Shown here piece by piece: positions 51,324-64,000 of a stretch of DNA of 64,000 bases; positions within the stretch are counted from its first letter, which is position 1, and each line of letters opens with the position of its first letter. Below the pieces are notes generated by a model. It was not told the DNA's origin, made no database searches, and was given only the letters and a program-made list of their open reading frames with translations. The position numbers and the translations under genes were made by a program. The stretch is from Octopus sinensis (Eukaryota). The stretch is taken from positions 38,254,001 to 38,318,000 of the forward strand of contig NC_042999.1 of the NCBI RefSeq assembly GCF_006345805.1, given 5' to 3'.

Positions 51324-52312
51324 GTATCTATATTATATATATTCTTATTTATTTATTAATGAAGGGTACTACCTGTAGTACCTGCACGCTCATAATTTTC
51401 ACTTCTACACAAGAGTGAAATGTGTACAAGAGACAACTATTTCTAGCCTACAGGGACTACAAGTAGTACCCTTCATTATTAATTAGTAATTTTGCATTTA
51501 CAGTTCTTTTACGCATGTTAGCCAATGATATTATTGTGAATTATTAACAATAAAATCCTTATATATATATATACACTTAATCACATCAAAAGAAAATGGA
51601 AATTAATAGAATTTTTCATTTCCAGTGGCCTAGCGTGTAAAATTTAGTCCAAAGACTATGTATTAGTCATAAAAATACAGTGTACCTTAAACACATAAGG
51701 AATCCACTCGTGGGATTCAACACGCTAGAAAGAACAGCTAGGTTCTATAACCACGAAGATAGGGATAAATTTCGACAGGAGCGAAATGAAAAAATAAAAA
51801 TATTTTACCATCTATTTACCTGGACCAATTGGTTTCTGATTTTAGTTTAGCAAGTAAATACCATATACCCGCTAGCTGAAATCGTTCTCAACAGGTACAC
51901 CTTAGATTAAATGTATAAACACGAGGCGATCAACTATGCGCCTCTTGTTTATATATCCAAATTTTTTTCAAAATCTACTGCGCAGACGCAGCCCCTCACC
52001 GGCAATAAAATATGCCAACTTTTAAAACCGAAAATTATCCAGAAACTTACAATACTTAATCATATCAAAGGGAGATGGAAATTAACAGAAATTTTCACTT
52101 CCAGTGGTCTAACGTGTGAAAATTTAGTCCAAAGACTATGTATTAGTCATAAAATACAGTGTACATTAAACAACGCATTTGTTTTCATCTTTTTTTCCCT
52201 CTTATTTTCTTCTCTATCCCAGCATTATCATATTATATTTTCCTCCATCTCTCTTCTTTATATTTGTTATTTACTTGCTAAAGTAAAATCAGAAACCAAT
52301 TGGTCCAGGAAA
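50892..52312. repeat. Mosaic of direct and inverted repeats
   Basis: 50892-50976 inverted to 52174-52259; ~51587-51692 direct with ~52066-52172; ~51815-51860 inverted to ~52268-52312. Confidence 0.8.
51357..51479. mobile_element. MITE-like element, 28-bp TIRs
   Basis: TAATGAAGGGTACTACCTGTAGTACCTG vs reverse complement of 51452-51479: 26/28 match. Confidence 0.6.
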
Positions 52313-52439
52313 CTATGCAAAATAGAAATTCTCGAGGACGTGCGATTGAAACTGAAAACTTTCACAGAGTGAGAGAGTCCGGAAGTGAACACTATTAAAT
52401 TTACATCTAATATAGGATAAATATTTTCGAAAAAAAGTT

Positions 52440-52500
<61 letters not shown>

Positions 52501-52592
52501 TATGTATAAGGGTGGAAAGGAACACACGAGTTGATATATATGAAAAAACAAGTCAAAAATAGAAAATGCTAAGATAATTTTATAGTGAATCT

Positions 52593-52635
52593 TTCAGTAC
52601 CGGTTTCGGTCATTTTGAGACCTTTTCAACTGTAA
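52593..52635 (-). ncRNA. Minimal hammerhead with U3-A8 core variant
   Basis: TTACAG-TTGAAAA-GGTC(tcaaaat)GACC-GAAA-CCGG-TA-CTGAAA; palindromic ACCGGT stem III; ~90 bp from the (TA)n boundary. Confidence 0.65.
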
Positions 52636-53271
52636 CGATTAAATAATTAAATTTAGAAAAATTAGAAGAAAAGTTTTTTTAAAAGAATATTTCTGTAGTA
52701 GTGTTCAGATATAAGTAGCATTCTGCCTTTCTCTGACTCCCTTGTTTGCACTTGTGTGTTCGAGGTCGTTTTGAGTTCTTGGTAGGGTAGGTGAAGAATA
52801 AGGAGGCTGATGTGGAGAGGGGGTGGGGAAATCTGGGAATGCCTTAATGGTCGTATTTTGAATGGTCAGTGGCTGACAGTAGTCGCAGTTCAATTCAGGA
52901 ATTGTTTATGGAATTTGCGTAGGCGTTATACTGAAAGACATTAGTGACAAGGTTAAGGGGTGGAAGGTGGAGAAGTAGAAGAAGAAGAAGATGACGATGT
53001 TGATGATGATGATGATGATGAAGAAGAAGAAGAAGAAGAAGAAGAAGGAGAAGGAGAAGATGGTGGTGATGATGGTGGTGATGATGATGACGACGATGAT
53101 GATGATAATGATGATGATGAAGAAGAAGGGGAAGAAGAAGAAGAAAAAAACAGGGAAGGGAGAATATGGATGGGTGGAAGTATAGCTGTGATGGGGCTGA
53201 TTAGTAATGGATTCTATGGAGTGTAATATTTGTGTGTGTATATATTTCTTTTATTCTAAAGTTGAGGTATA

Positions 53272-53598
53272 TTAATTGTTTGTCGTAGACCCGTTAAGAA
53301 GTGGCTTGTATTTTGTAATAAAGAGATTTTCTTTACTTATTCGTTGTCTCGAGGTTGTATCGTCCCTAAATTGGTAAAGGGGGAAAATCCTGAAGTTTGG
53401 TGTTTTTTTGTTGGTGCAAGTATCTATGTGTTGGCTAAAAGCTATTTTTCTGTTTTGGGGAATTTTTATCTGGGATCTGTGCAGGGCCATTCGTTTACGC
53501 AAACCATTTTTTGTTTGGCCTATGTACTGCTCTTGACACCCGGAGCAGATTAGTGAGTATATTAGGTTCTCCGAAGCACATGTGAAGTTGCTTTTCAC
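53272..53598 (-). CDS. PLE GIY-YIG endonuclease (piece of a broken ORF)
   Basis: FTCASENLIYSLICSGCQEQYIGQT..RKRMALHRSQI..HIDTC..KENLFITKYKPLLN. Confidence 0.85.
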   Translation of the reverse strand: MKSNFTCASENLIYSLICSGCQEQYIGQTKNGLRKRMALHRSQIKIPQNRKIAFSQHIDTCTNKKTPNFRIFPLYQFRDDTTSRQRISKENLFITKYKPLLNGSTTNN

Positions 53599-53794
53599 TG
53601 TAAACCGTTGTCCCTGTTTGAAGGAGAACTCTGATCCCTCAATTAGATAGTCGCATATCCCGCAATTGGGTCTTCCACATTTTTTTACTGTCGGCTTCTG
53701 TGTTGAAGAGTGAATTCGGGCTTGTGTTAGGAGACTTTCATGGATCTAGGCTGTCTTTTGCTTTTTATATGATCGTGTGTTTTGAGGATTGTGT

Positions 53795-55006
53795 TCATCT
53801 GTGGTCTTTTTTTAGGAGGGGTATGTTGTGGAGGATGGTGCCGAAGGCTTCGTTATTGAGAGGGTTGTGTGTGGAGATGTATGGTAAGGCTTTTGGTTGT
53901 AAGTTTTTCTTTGATTTGGGATGTCTCAGTTCCTTGATGTTAAGTTGAAGGGCACGTTGAATGCACTTGTCAATAAGTGAAGGTGGATAGTTCCTGGTGA
54001 TAAGGGTATCTTTTAGTTCTTGTAGTCGTGTGTCTCTGGTATTTGCGTTGAAGGGGATATTCATCCTGGTGTGTCTGGGGTGGCATGAATTGAATGGAAG
54101 ATATTGCTTAGAGTCTGTAGGCTTATAATATATGTCTGTTTCTATTATATTATTAGCTTTCTTAATGAGGATATCGAGGAAGGGGAGTTGTTGCTGGCTA
54201 TATTCCATCGTGAATTGGATGTTTACGTCCAGTCCGTTTAAAATTTCCTGGAATTCTATGAGTTTTTCTATATTTTTATGCCAAAGGATGAAACAGTCAT
54301 CTAGATATCTCTTCCAGTTGTTTTCTATGTAGATGGAGAAAGGGCTGCCATATCTTTCTAGAACCTTACGATACAGACTGATCTCTAGGTATCCTATGAC
54401 TAGGTTGGCAAAGGAGGGGGCCATTCGTGTACCCATCGCAGTCCCCGATTTTTGTCGGTAGAAGTTGTCATTGAAGGCGAAGAAGTTATTTTCCAGGATG
54501 AATTTAACCCTTCTACCCTCTTCACAATTCTTTTTGATGCGGTGTGGTAGTTCGTTGGCGTGATTCTCTAGCCAGAATTGGATTGCCTCTAGTCCTAGGT
54601 TGTGGGGGATATTGGAGTAGAGGTTGACTACATACATCGAAGGATACCAGTATGGTGTTTTTTTTTATAGTATTCGGTAGGTGTTGAGCATATCTAAGTC
54701 GTCCCTTATATAGCTTTTGACATGTTTGAGGGGTGGTTTCAACAGGGTGTCTAAAAAGTTACTGAGGCGGTGGGTTTCGCATGCGGGACCTGCTATTATG
54801 GGTCTCAATTTGAGGTCATTAGGATTAGGGACTTTAATTATTTTGTCTGTAGCTATCTTGCATGCGTTACTTATTTTTTCACTTTTGTGGATCTTAGGTA
54901 TACCGTAGAATTGGCTAGTTTTACTTGTGAAATTGGTCATATAATCATATTCTTTGTCGGTGAGCCCTGCTTTGTATGGGTTTAATATGGATTTTAGTTC
55001 CCTCAT
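53795..55006 (-). pseudogene. PLE reverse transcriptase (frameshifted: 54665-55006 and 53795-54637)
   Basis: FYGIPKIHK, LRPIIAG, NLYSNIPH, GTAMGTRMAPSFANL, WKRYLDDCF, LPFLDI, YYKPTDSKQYL..SCHP. Confidence 0.88.
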
Positions 55007-57269
55007 TATTTTTTGTTGACTGTAGTTTGTGCCTTTTCATAGTATGTTGTGTCTTCCAGCATAGAAAGTACCAAAGTTATGTAAAATGTCGTATCCATTA
55101 AGACAACAGCACTCCCTTTATCGGCCTCTTTGATTGTTATTGTTTTATCTTGTTTTAATTTGTATATATATATATATATATACTTTATTTAAAAGCAGCA
55201 GAAATATAACAAAAGCTGTTAGCGCTGTGTTTAATGTGATGTAATGATTGCATCGTTCAATTAAATGGAGCCGCTCGAAACGGTCGTACTGCAACAGGCA
55301 CATACAGAGTTACATACACGCACACACATACAGACACACACATATATATATATCTATATATCTATATATATGTGCATTTGCGTATAAATTCGTATGTTTG
55401 TATGTATGTGACATCATGTTCGTACTCATTTCGAGGGATTCGTGGAACATCCACCTTGGCGATATTTAAATCTTTATTTAATCCTCTCTTCTCACTTCTC
55501 CCAGATTTTTTTCCCTGGAAGCAAATGTTTAATTTCTTGAAGAAACACAAGTTTTTCATGAGGGATTCGAACTACCCATCAATAAAAATACGTCTGAAAT
55601 AGGTGTAGTGATCTTTAACACATCTCTGTTCCTCACAAGCATACACATACACCCACACAGAAACACACATATACACACACGCACGCGCATGTGCATATAT
55701 ATATATATATATTCCAATTCTTTCTGCAAAATCACATCCTCCTGTATTAAAATAAAAGGTGTATTTAAGAATGCGTTTCGTAATAAATAGAATTTAAAAT
55801 ACTATAAGTTATGAATGCAAGTTTTGGATTACCACAAGCCTTTACGCCGTCAAAATTTGAATGTAACATAGATAGGAGCAACGGAAATTATATCCGAATA
55901 TTTGATTGCTATATAACTACCTCCTAAATACCACCTGAGGCTGTAACATTATTTTTTTTAAAGCAGTTCGATTAGCATGACTAATAAAGCATGTGTTTCA
56001 TAAATTTAAACTGTACTGTTTAAGATATGTTTGTAGTAAATATCTAATCTGTAGTTCTGAATAAAGCAGGAACCCATCTCTAAATGTACGTGCTTTCCCC
56101 AATAAGATAAATGGATATTATGCATATAAAAAACATTTAACTACTCGTGACACTTTTGATGGTATCACATTTACTCCATACATCCAAATGCTTGACAATA
56201 ATACACTTACGAGGGTTAAGAACTTTCGGTTAAGATATTCTAAAAATAGTGCAAGTGGCTAACGTATAAACCTGAGTGGACATATTCTCGGACCTATAAT
56301 GTGGATTTTCTTATTCTTGATTCATAAAGTCATAATGGCTTATGTTACGTGTATTTAGTTTAACATCAGTTAAACAACAGTTAAATTATAGCCCAGGCAA
56401 AATTGACGAAAATTATATCGAATCTCAATCTAGGAATGATCGCGAACAAGAATGATTAAATAGGAGAACGTGAGTTTGGTGTTATATTGTTGAAAATAGT
56501 GCATTTCGCCATTCCTCGATGGAAATTTTTGATTATTATACTAGGAGATGAGATTGATGGATTCGGCTAATTGTGAATTTCATTAGCATATCAAAAATAC
56601 AAAATAATACAAGGAATATATACATATATAAACTTTATTAACTTAAAATATTCCGTACAAAAATTGGACTTATTGATATTGTTAGCGATAATTTCGAATA
56701 CACGGAAAGGGGAGAAGAGTGAAGAAGAGAAAATGGCGCTAAGTATAAATTAAAATTAGGATTTACACTTTGATGTAATCATTATCTATCGATACACAAA
56801 TTCGCTAACTGCCAATTAAACGTCGATGCATTGTTGGCTGAAAACAATCGGATGATGAAACCTTAGAAAATGTTCACTGCAGATTCCAATGCATTACAAT
56901 TAATACATTACAAGAAGTAAATTTGAAAAGAAAGTTAGGAGGAACATTTCAAAACAAATTAACGTAATCTACATTGCATTAACGTAATCTACATTAAATT
57001 TCGCTTGATACAGAACAATAAGCATGTTGATGATGTTCTTTTAAAAATAAGTAAATATATAATAAATATTTTCATCGTGGGACTTCAACCTCACATGCAT
57101 TAAGTTAATTCACAATGAACGTAATGAGAATTTGAACGACTGCAAATTTGAAGGCACCGGGAAAATCGTAGGATGTCAGAGCTATGGTTTTATTAAAGAA
57201 AATGGAGATGGAAGGGAAGAAAGAGAAGGAGAAAAGTAAGAATTAGCAGCAGCAGTAATAGTAGTGGGG

Positions 57270-57300
<31 letters not shown>

Positions 57301-58088
57301 CAGCAGCAGCAGCAGCAGTAGTATTAGTAGTAGAAAAAGATAATGAAGAATGTAAAGAAGATGGGGAGGAGAAGGAGAAGAAGAAATGAAGAAGAAAATG
57401 AAGAAGAAGAAGAAGAAGAAGAATTATACAATTCTCCAAATATTTATTCCAAGTGCGTTTGCAATATTTTAAGTTCTAATTATTACTTATTACTATAATG
57501 ATGAAAGTAGGATCACGAATCCTATAATAGGAACCATTTCGTTATTGATCTTATACAGAATGAATGTATTCATACAAACGAACAACGATGTATTACATCT
57601 CCAAACAAATATAAACTAGCTAGTCATTTCAATTTTACTTTCATTCAAAGTTTGTGCGCAACAAAAGAAAGAGGTGTTATTCATCGAAGATATTGAAATA
57701 AATATACCCCAAGGAAATTTCATTAAATACTGAAGATTCAGAAAATTTAAAGTATTATACATATTCAGAATGCTCAAAATACTCAATCATTTTGATTCGA
57801 AAATAAGTCTCTTTAATTTCATTAGAAACATGACACATACATATATCAAGAAATGTTCTAATTATTGGGTATATTCCAGCTTTTATTATTCGTTTTTCGT
57901 TCAATCAGAAACATGACTATCAAAAATAAATAGAAATCTGACAATCTATATATGCACTTACAAACGTATGTATACATTCACACATACACGCGCATATATG
58001 TATGGATATGTATGAATGTATGTATGTATATATCTATCTGTATACATATACATATACACACACACACTCACATATATATATATATATA

Positions 58089-59125
58089 TGAAGTCATCCC
58101 ATAAATAATGCAGTTTTTTCAACTGCGTAAAATAAAAGTGGGTTGGGACAGGATAAACTACATCTATCAACTTGCTATAAAAGCAGGTATTAATTTTGCC
58201 TTCTACTTATTTTCAGTGCAGTTTTGAAGAGTGCAGTCCGATTTTAACAGATACTTTTTCAAAGCTACAAGTGACAAAAGACCATATTCGGCATATTTTG
58301 CTTTACGAGTTCAATAAACGTAACAGCGCAAACGAAAGTGCTAGTAATATTAATTCAGCACATGGGGATCGGACAATAAGCGTAAGCCAGTGTCAACGAT
58401 GATTCCAGAAATTCCAAGCCCGAAACTACAGCCTAGAAGACAAGCCTCGTCCTAGAAGATTGGTAGTTTGACGAGGACGTCCCGCAAATCCTGGTGGAAA
58501 AAAAATCCAAACTTAACTGTTAAAGAACTAGCAGAGAAGCTTGGATTTGGTCATTTAACCATTCACAACACCTGCGTGCCATTGGAAAAGTCAGCGAATT
58601 AGGTCAATGAGTTCCTCACAAACTTTCTGAAACTAATCGCACGTAGAGAGTGAATGTGTGCTATTCTTTGTGTCAAGTCTCACGAATGAACGTCTTTGGC
58701 CCGAATAGTGACTAGTGATGAGAAATGGGTTCTCTATAAAAAATGTCAAGTACCGAAGACGGTGGGTAGGGAAAGGAGAAACACCGGCACTCCAGGCTGA
58801 AGAGGGTCGTCACCAACGTAAAGTGTTGTCATCTGTTTGGTGGGATATGGGATATGAAAGGTTTTGTCCACGTTCAACTTTTATATCCTGCCACAGGTTG
58901 GTATAGATAAATTATGTGGCGGAAGTTTAATCAATGTGTTAACACGACGGACTTCGTGAGAATACCAAAACGCTCTCTCTGGCCACTACCGACACTACTC
59001 TTTATAAGAGTTCGGCTAATCCAATCTGCCAATGTCCCAGGGGGAATAAAAAAGAATTTTGTTTCTCTTAATTTTGAAAAATAATTGACGTATAAAAAAA
59101 CCGCATTATTTATGGGATGACCCAA
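58089..59125 (+). mobile_element. Decayed mariner with both TIRs
   Basis: GTCATCCCATAAATAATGC at the left end is inverted at 59102-59120, with TA flanks. HIRHILLYEFNK, LGQ*VPHKL, RIVTSDEKWVLY, KVLSSVWWD; C-terminal half largely deleted. Confidence 0.88.
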
Positions 59126-60224
59126 TATACATGTTTGCATTCACAAACATATATAGATCATATAATAATAGACACATCTACGTGCACGCGCGTGAGTGTA
59201 TGTGTAGCTGATCTGAGGTTTTAATTAAGCATATGAAACATTGTCAAATATTCGTGAGCATGTGAAATTTTCTGTAGAAAACTGAATAACTCTAGAAATA
59301 TGTATACAATACAAAATGTGACATCAACCATGTTGTGACATACTCAGACGTACATACACACACATACATGTATACACACATGTATATAAACATCCATACA
59401 CGTACGCACACACTCACGCCAAATTCATCAGATTATGTTACGTATTACTACAAATTACAAAATATCTGTTACCTAAATTAACATTTGTCGAACTAATTCG
59501 TCACAGTTTTCACACAGTTTTATAGCTATCAATTCGGGTCGTCGTATGGATAATTCTCAGATCGAGATTTAACTTAAATATGTTACATGAGGTAACCATT
59601 ATGCAATAAGGGACTGTAACAATTTGTCTCTATAACTATTTATATACTTTCAGATTATTACATGTGACATGTCTCTCTACATATTAAGTCTATGTTTATC
59701 TTCAACAATTATTTGCGTCCTGAATTATCATAAGTGATTGACTGTCATTGCTATGGTATCTGTAGAAATTATTCTACGAGATTGTGAGAAAACAATTCAT
59801 ACGTATTTTAGTAATGATAAAATATCATAGAAAATTACGTCTAGTGTGCAGTTTTGTCATGCTTTATTCTCATTTATATCGATCAAACATATAAGAGCAT
59901 ATATCCAACCAATATATGACTTCTGCTCTTAACGTAATAGTTAACATTGCTTTGATGATCACCAGTGTCTAAATTGATTCAACAAATATACGATTTCTGT
60001 AGCATTCGTTTGATTATATAAAGGAGAATACTTGCATTCAAGATTGTTGCGAAGGAACTTAAATTCATTAAGTTGATATAAGTAATGTAGTTGGAAATTC
60101 TCGCAATGACGATAACATTGACGCTGGAGAGACTTCAACAAGAACAATAAAACAAATAATGGAAGTAACAAGAGCAACAACAACAAAAACAGAAATATAT
60201 TACTAATCTAGATAAACTAATAAC

Positions 60225-60303
<79 letters not shown>

Positions 60304-60327
60304 AATGTACGTACAAACATGGATTTA

Positions 60328-60345
60328 TCTCTTATATAAAATCCG

Positions 60346-60388
<43 letters not shown>

Positions 60389-60897
60389 TTCTCTGATCTC
60401 GGGCATCCTCCATCCGATTACGCTCAAATTCGATATGTAGATACCGACGGTATCTGGGAGTGTATAAGTCTGGAAAAAATTACAAAAATCGATTCCAGGT
60501 GAGAATGCGATCGATAAAGCCGTTTTTGTCCTACTTTTCTTCCGTCAACCTGTACATAACTGCACCTTCCATTTATTTGTTGTTTTTGTACTGCTTAAAG
60601 GCACGTTTCTGTCCTGCCAAGCTTACTGTTTAAACCATGTTTGTGTTCTCCCAGTCAACAGCCTTATCACTACTGGTACTTTAAACTCTTCGGTTGCATA
60701 TTTGAGTGAACAAAATCGTTTATGTTTGGAATAGAAAAAAGTCTATCTTTATTTCTTCTTTGGCTGGTGTCTCAAATTTAGGTTAAATCAGTGTTTCTCA
60801 AAGGAATATGGGACGGTCGGCCAAGTTGTTTTGAGAAAATTTGATTTAAATGTTTGACACCTCAGCACCGTCCATTGGACGGGGCGCGTTTTGCTCG
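60328..60897 (+). mobile_element. Probable non-autonomous Helitron
   Basis: A|TC 5' end followed by (TG)n and CCGATTACGCTCAAATT; 3' hairpin CCGTCCA-T-TGGACGG 11 nt before CTCG|T (canonical is CTRR). Confidence 0.55.
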
Positions 60898-61817
60898 TAT
60901 GTATATATAGAGACAAAAAGACAAATACCTAGGGAGATAGCTGGATAGCAGGCAAGATAAATGGATATATAGAAATATAGATAGGTACATAGAAAAATAT
61001 TTGTGCGTGTCAACACGTGAGGGTGTCGACCAAGTACTAATATTGTTCAACCAGTTTTCACTCATAAGTGTTATTCAAAGCAAAAGTAGAAAGTACATTC
61101 CTTTTAAGCAGTACACATAAATCTCTCAACTAACGCGGGTCTTACGTTCCAAATCCTTCTGTAATTGGTGAAAATCCGCGAAGTAGAAACAATACAGTAC
61201 TGAATATTTTATTATTTTTATAATTTGTATGTATTTATTTTGTCATAAAAGCAAAACAGCACCACGGAAGAATCGATGTCAGCCTAAATAATAACAGCGA
61301 TAGGCGAACCGCGATATGGAGTGGTGTTACTGTAGACCAATGGAGACTGACGGATAGATACAGAAATGATAATAGGATTTGAGAGCAGACACAGAAATGA
61401 GAACAAATACAGATGTGAAAATCTTGTAAGTGAAAAGATAAATAGGTAGATATATTGGTGGATGAAGAACGAATGTAACTCATTGGAAGGCAAAGAGTGT
61501 TTTCTTTTTAAAGCTTTCGTGAAAAGGTAGGATTTATAAACAATAATTTAACTAGGGTGTTTTTGACAGGTAGCTGCAGTAACAGAAATCGGATAAGTAT
61601 ATAGAGACATAGAAGTTACTATATTGTAATATCTCAAAATCATAGTGGAATATCACATATGATCCCATGATGTTAGTATGTGCAGCACAACATTTAGAAT
61701 AAAATAAAATATGAAAGGAAAGACAGTAATGAATTATTTATGACTAAGCCTAACCCGAACTGTTACTTACGTTGCTGTAGCAAACACGTTGTAAACGTAT
61801 ATTTTGAAAATGTATAC

Positions 61818-61853
<36 letters not shown>

Positions 61854-61882
61854 GTTTATACATATATATATGTCGAATATTC

Positions 61883-61941
<59 letters not shown>

Positions 61942-61984
61942 GATGATGATTTCATTTATTTTCCATTAGGTCGAAAAAATAACC

Positions 61985-62073
<89 letters not shown>

Positions 62074-62260
62074 TAATAATAATAATAATAATAATATAAT
62101 AATAATAATAATAATAATATAATAATAATAATAATAATATCTATATAAGATTCCCCAACGATTACTTTCTATAGTATATTTGGATATATTTATAGCCATA
62201 CATAGGCGAGTATACATCTGAGCCTGCTGCGATCAGTCAACGTACATACATACATACATA

Positions 62261-62330
<70 letters not shown>

Positions 62331-62818
62331 CATACACATGAGTTTTCCAACAGTGAAAGATAATAAATTACCGAAATTGGATGACATTTAAAATGTAATA
62401 AAAAAATAGTTTGCTTTTAAAATTATCCACTTGAGAACAAACTGTAATAGTCAGATGAGGAATTTGCATGTGTTTGACACTTATTGCGCTCCGCATTAAC
62501 CGATGATATAGGACTTGAATCCAATATGTATATTTCATTTACTTTTTTCTGATATTATATATGTACATATATGTAAATTTCATACAAGCATAAATACGTA
62601 CATTACACACATACACACACGCACATACACATATATGTATATGCACACATTTCTTATATTACGATTATATATCCACATAACTATATATATGTATATATAT
62701 ACATTAATATGTATGGATATATATATACATATATATCTTTATATAAACACACACATATATATATATTTATATACATATATACATATATATATATATTATA
62801 TATATATATATATATGTA

Positions 62819-62860
<42 letters not shown>

Positions 62861-62945
62861 GTGAAATAGAAAGATGAATAATCTTGTAGTAGATTAATCA
62901 AAAGTTTAACCGATACCTTAGTAGCAAAAATCACAGCAGTAAACT

Positions 62946-63014
62946 GTGTAGAATGAAATAAAACGATTTCTGTTCAATCTGCGTTCAGCTCCATTTCTTC
63001 AATTCACCAATAAT
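62946..63014 (+). repeat. 69-bp exact copy of the 3' end of the 47.2-kb hammerhead element
   Basis: Identical to the reverse complement of 47227-47295; followed by (TA)n. Confidence 0.9.
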
Positions 63015-63243
63015 GTTATATATATATATATATATATGTACATCATACATGCATACGAGGGTCGTTTGTATCATTTAATATTAAAATTTTTTATACGTTT
63101 AGTGTGAAACAGACACAATTCATAGCTTGCTGGAAGACTGCATGATCATGTGTTCTCTGAGGGTTGAATCATACCACACACACTCACACGCAAATAAATG
63201 CATATACACATCATCTATCTATCTATCTATCTATATGTATATG

Positions 63244-63331
<88 letters not shown>

Positions 63332-63660
63332 ATATATATATAATATATATATATATATATAATATATATATATATACATACACATCACATATATGTACAC
63401 ATCATATATACATATATAAATATATTGAAAAAAAGATCTGACACATGAACATTTAGACACATCATACAGTTTCATATCAATGCAGATGTGATGAGCGAAA
63501 TTAATTAATTGAACGCTCTAATCAATCAACTTAATTGCTACTCTGCCTGGCGTGAGGTGAAGGGCTTCTGCCCTTGAGATTTTTTGGGTGTTCGCGATTG
63601 TATCAGTTATCTAATGTGAGTGAAACTATTTATATATTCCTATATATTTAACTGGCCTCA

Positions 63661-63692
<32 letters not shown>

Positions 63693-64000
63693 CACACACA
63701 CACACACACACACATACACACAAACGTACTCATATATATATATGTATATATATATATACACACATATAGCCATTGGTACGTTTGCATTTTTCGCTCCCTA
63801 TAAAAACTCGGTTGAGTACAAAGTCAACTGTACTTTCAGATTGAGATGTATAATAACGAAAGATATCAACGTATCATATAGACGAAGCTTTTGTTCAAAG
63901 GATGAAATCCGTTCCTGGTTTCATATATATTTCTTGAAGGATAAAACAGCAGAAAAGAGTATAGTTCTTGAAAATTTTTTCTCAATGATAATGTCCGAAC

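Larger units (their letters stand above)
52506..55162 (-). mobile_element. Neptune-type Penelope-like element, 5'-truncated, between (TA)n tracts
   Basis: ADKGSAVV near 55100-55130, RT, Cys-rich linker CGRPNCGIC, GIY-YIG EN, long 3' UTR with GAA/GAT repeat and a hammerhead. Confidence 0.88.

Noticed and set aside
55268-55290. GAG/CTC hairpin followed by GAAACGGTC
   Set aside because: Looks like the 3' half of a hammerhead, but no upstream core is present.

Overview
Very AT-rich, microsatellite-dense eukaryotic DNA with no host gene that I can support. The repeat content (tRNA-derived SINEs resembling the octopus OK/OR families, (TA)n/(TAA)n arrays) suggests an octopus genome; this is an inference. 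Most ORFs in the supplied track are translated microsatellites. The protein-coding signal is all from transposable elements: three Penelope-like elements (PLEs: a near-intact RT + C-terminal GIY-YIG copy at 30.7-33.2 kb, a related fragment at 47.7-48.7 kb, and a Neptune-type copy at 52.5-55.2 kb), R4/Dong-like 3' ends in (TAA)n, RTE and CR1-like 3' ends, three decayed Tc1/mariner elements and a probable non-autonomous Helitron. The main structure the ORF track misses is eight type-I hammerhead-ribozyme-like motifs, folded by eye and not tested, in PLE 3' ends and short PLE-derived elements mostly ending at (TA)n. They include a compensatory U3-A8 core variant and a 2.1-kb inverted-repeat element with an outward-facing hammerhead in each arm. 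Also notable are head-to-tail SINE multimers with a fixed junction at three loci and a chain of three TAA-targeted retroelements.
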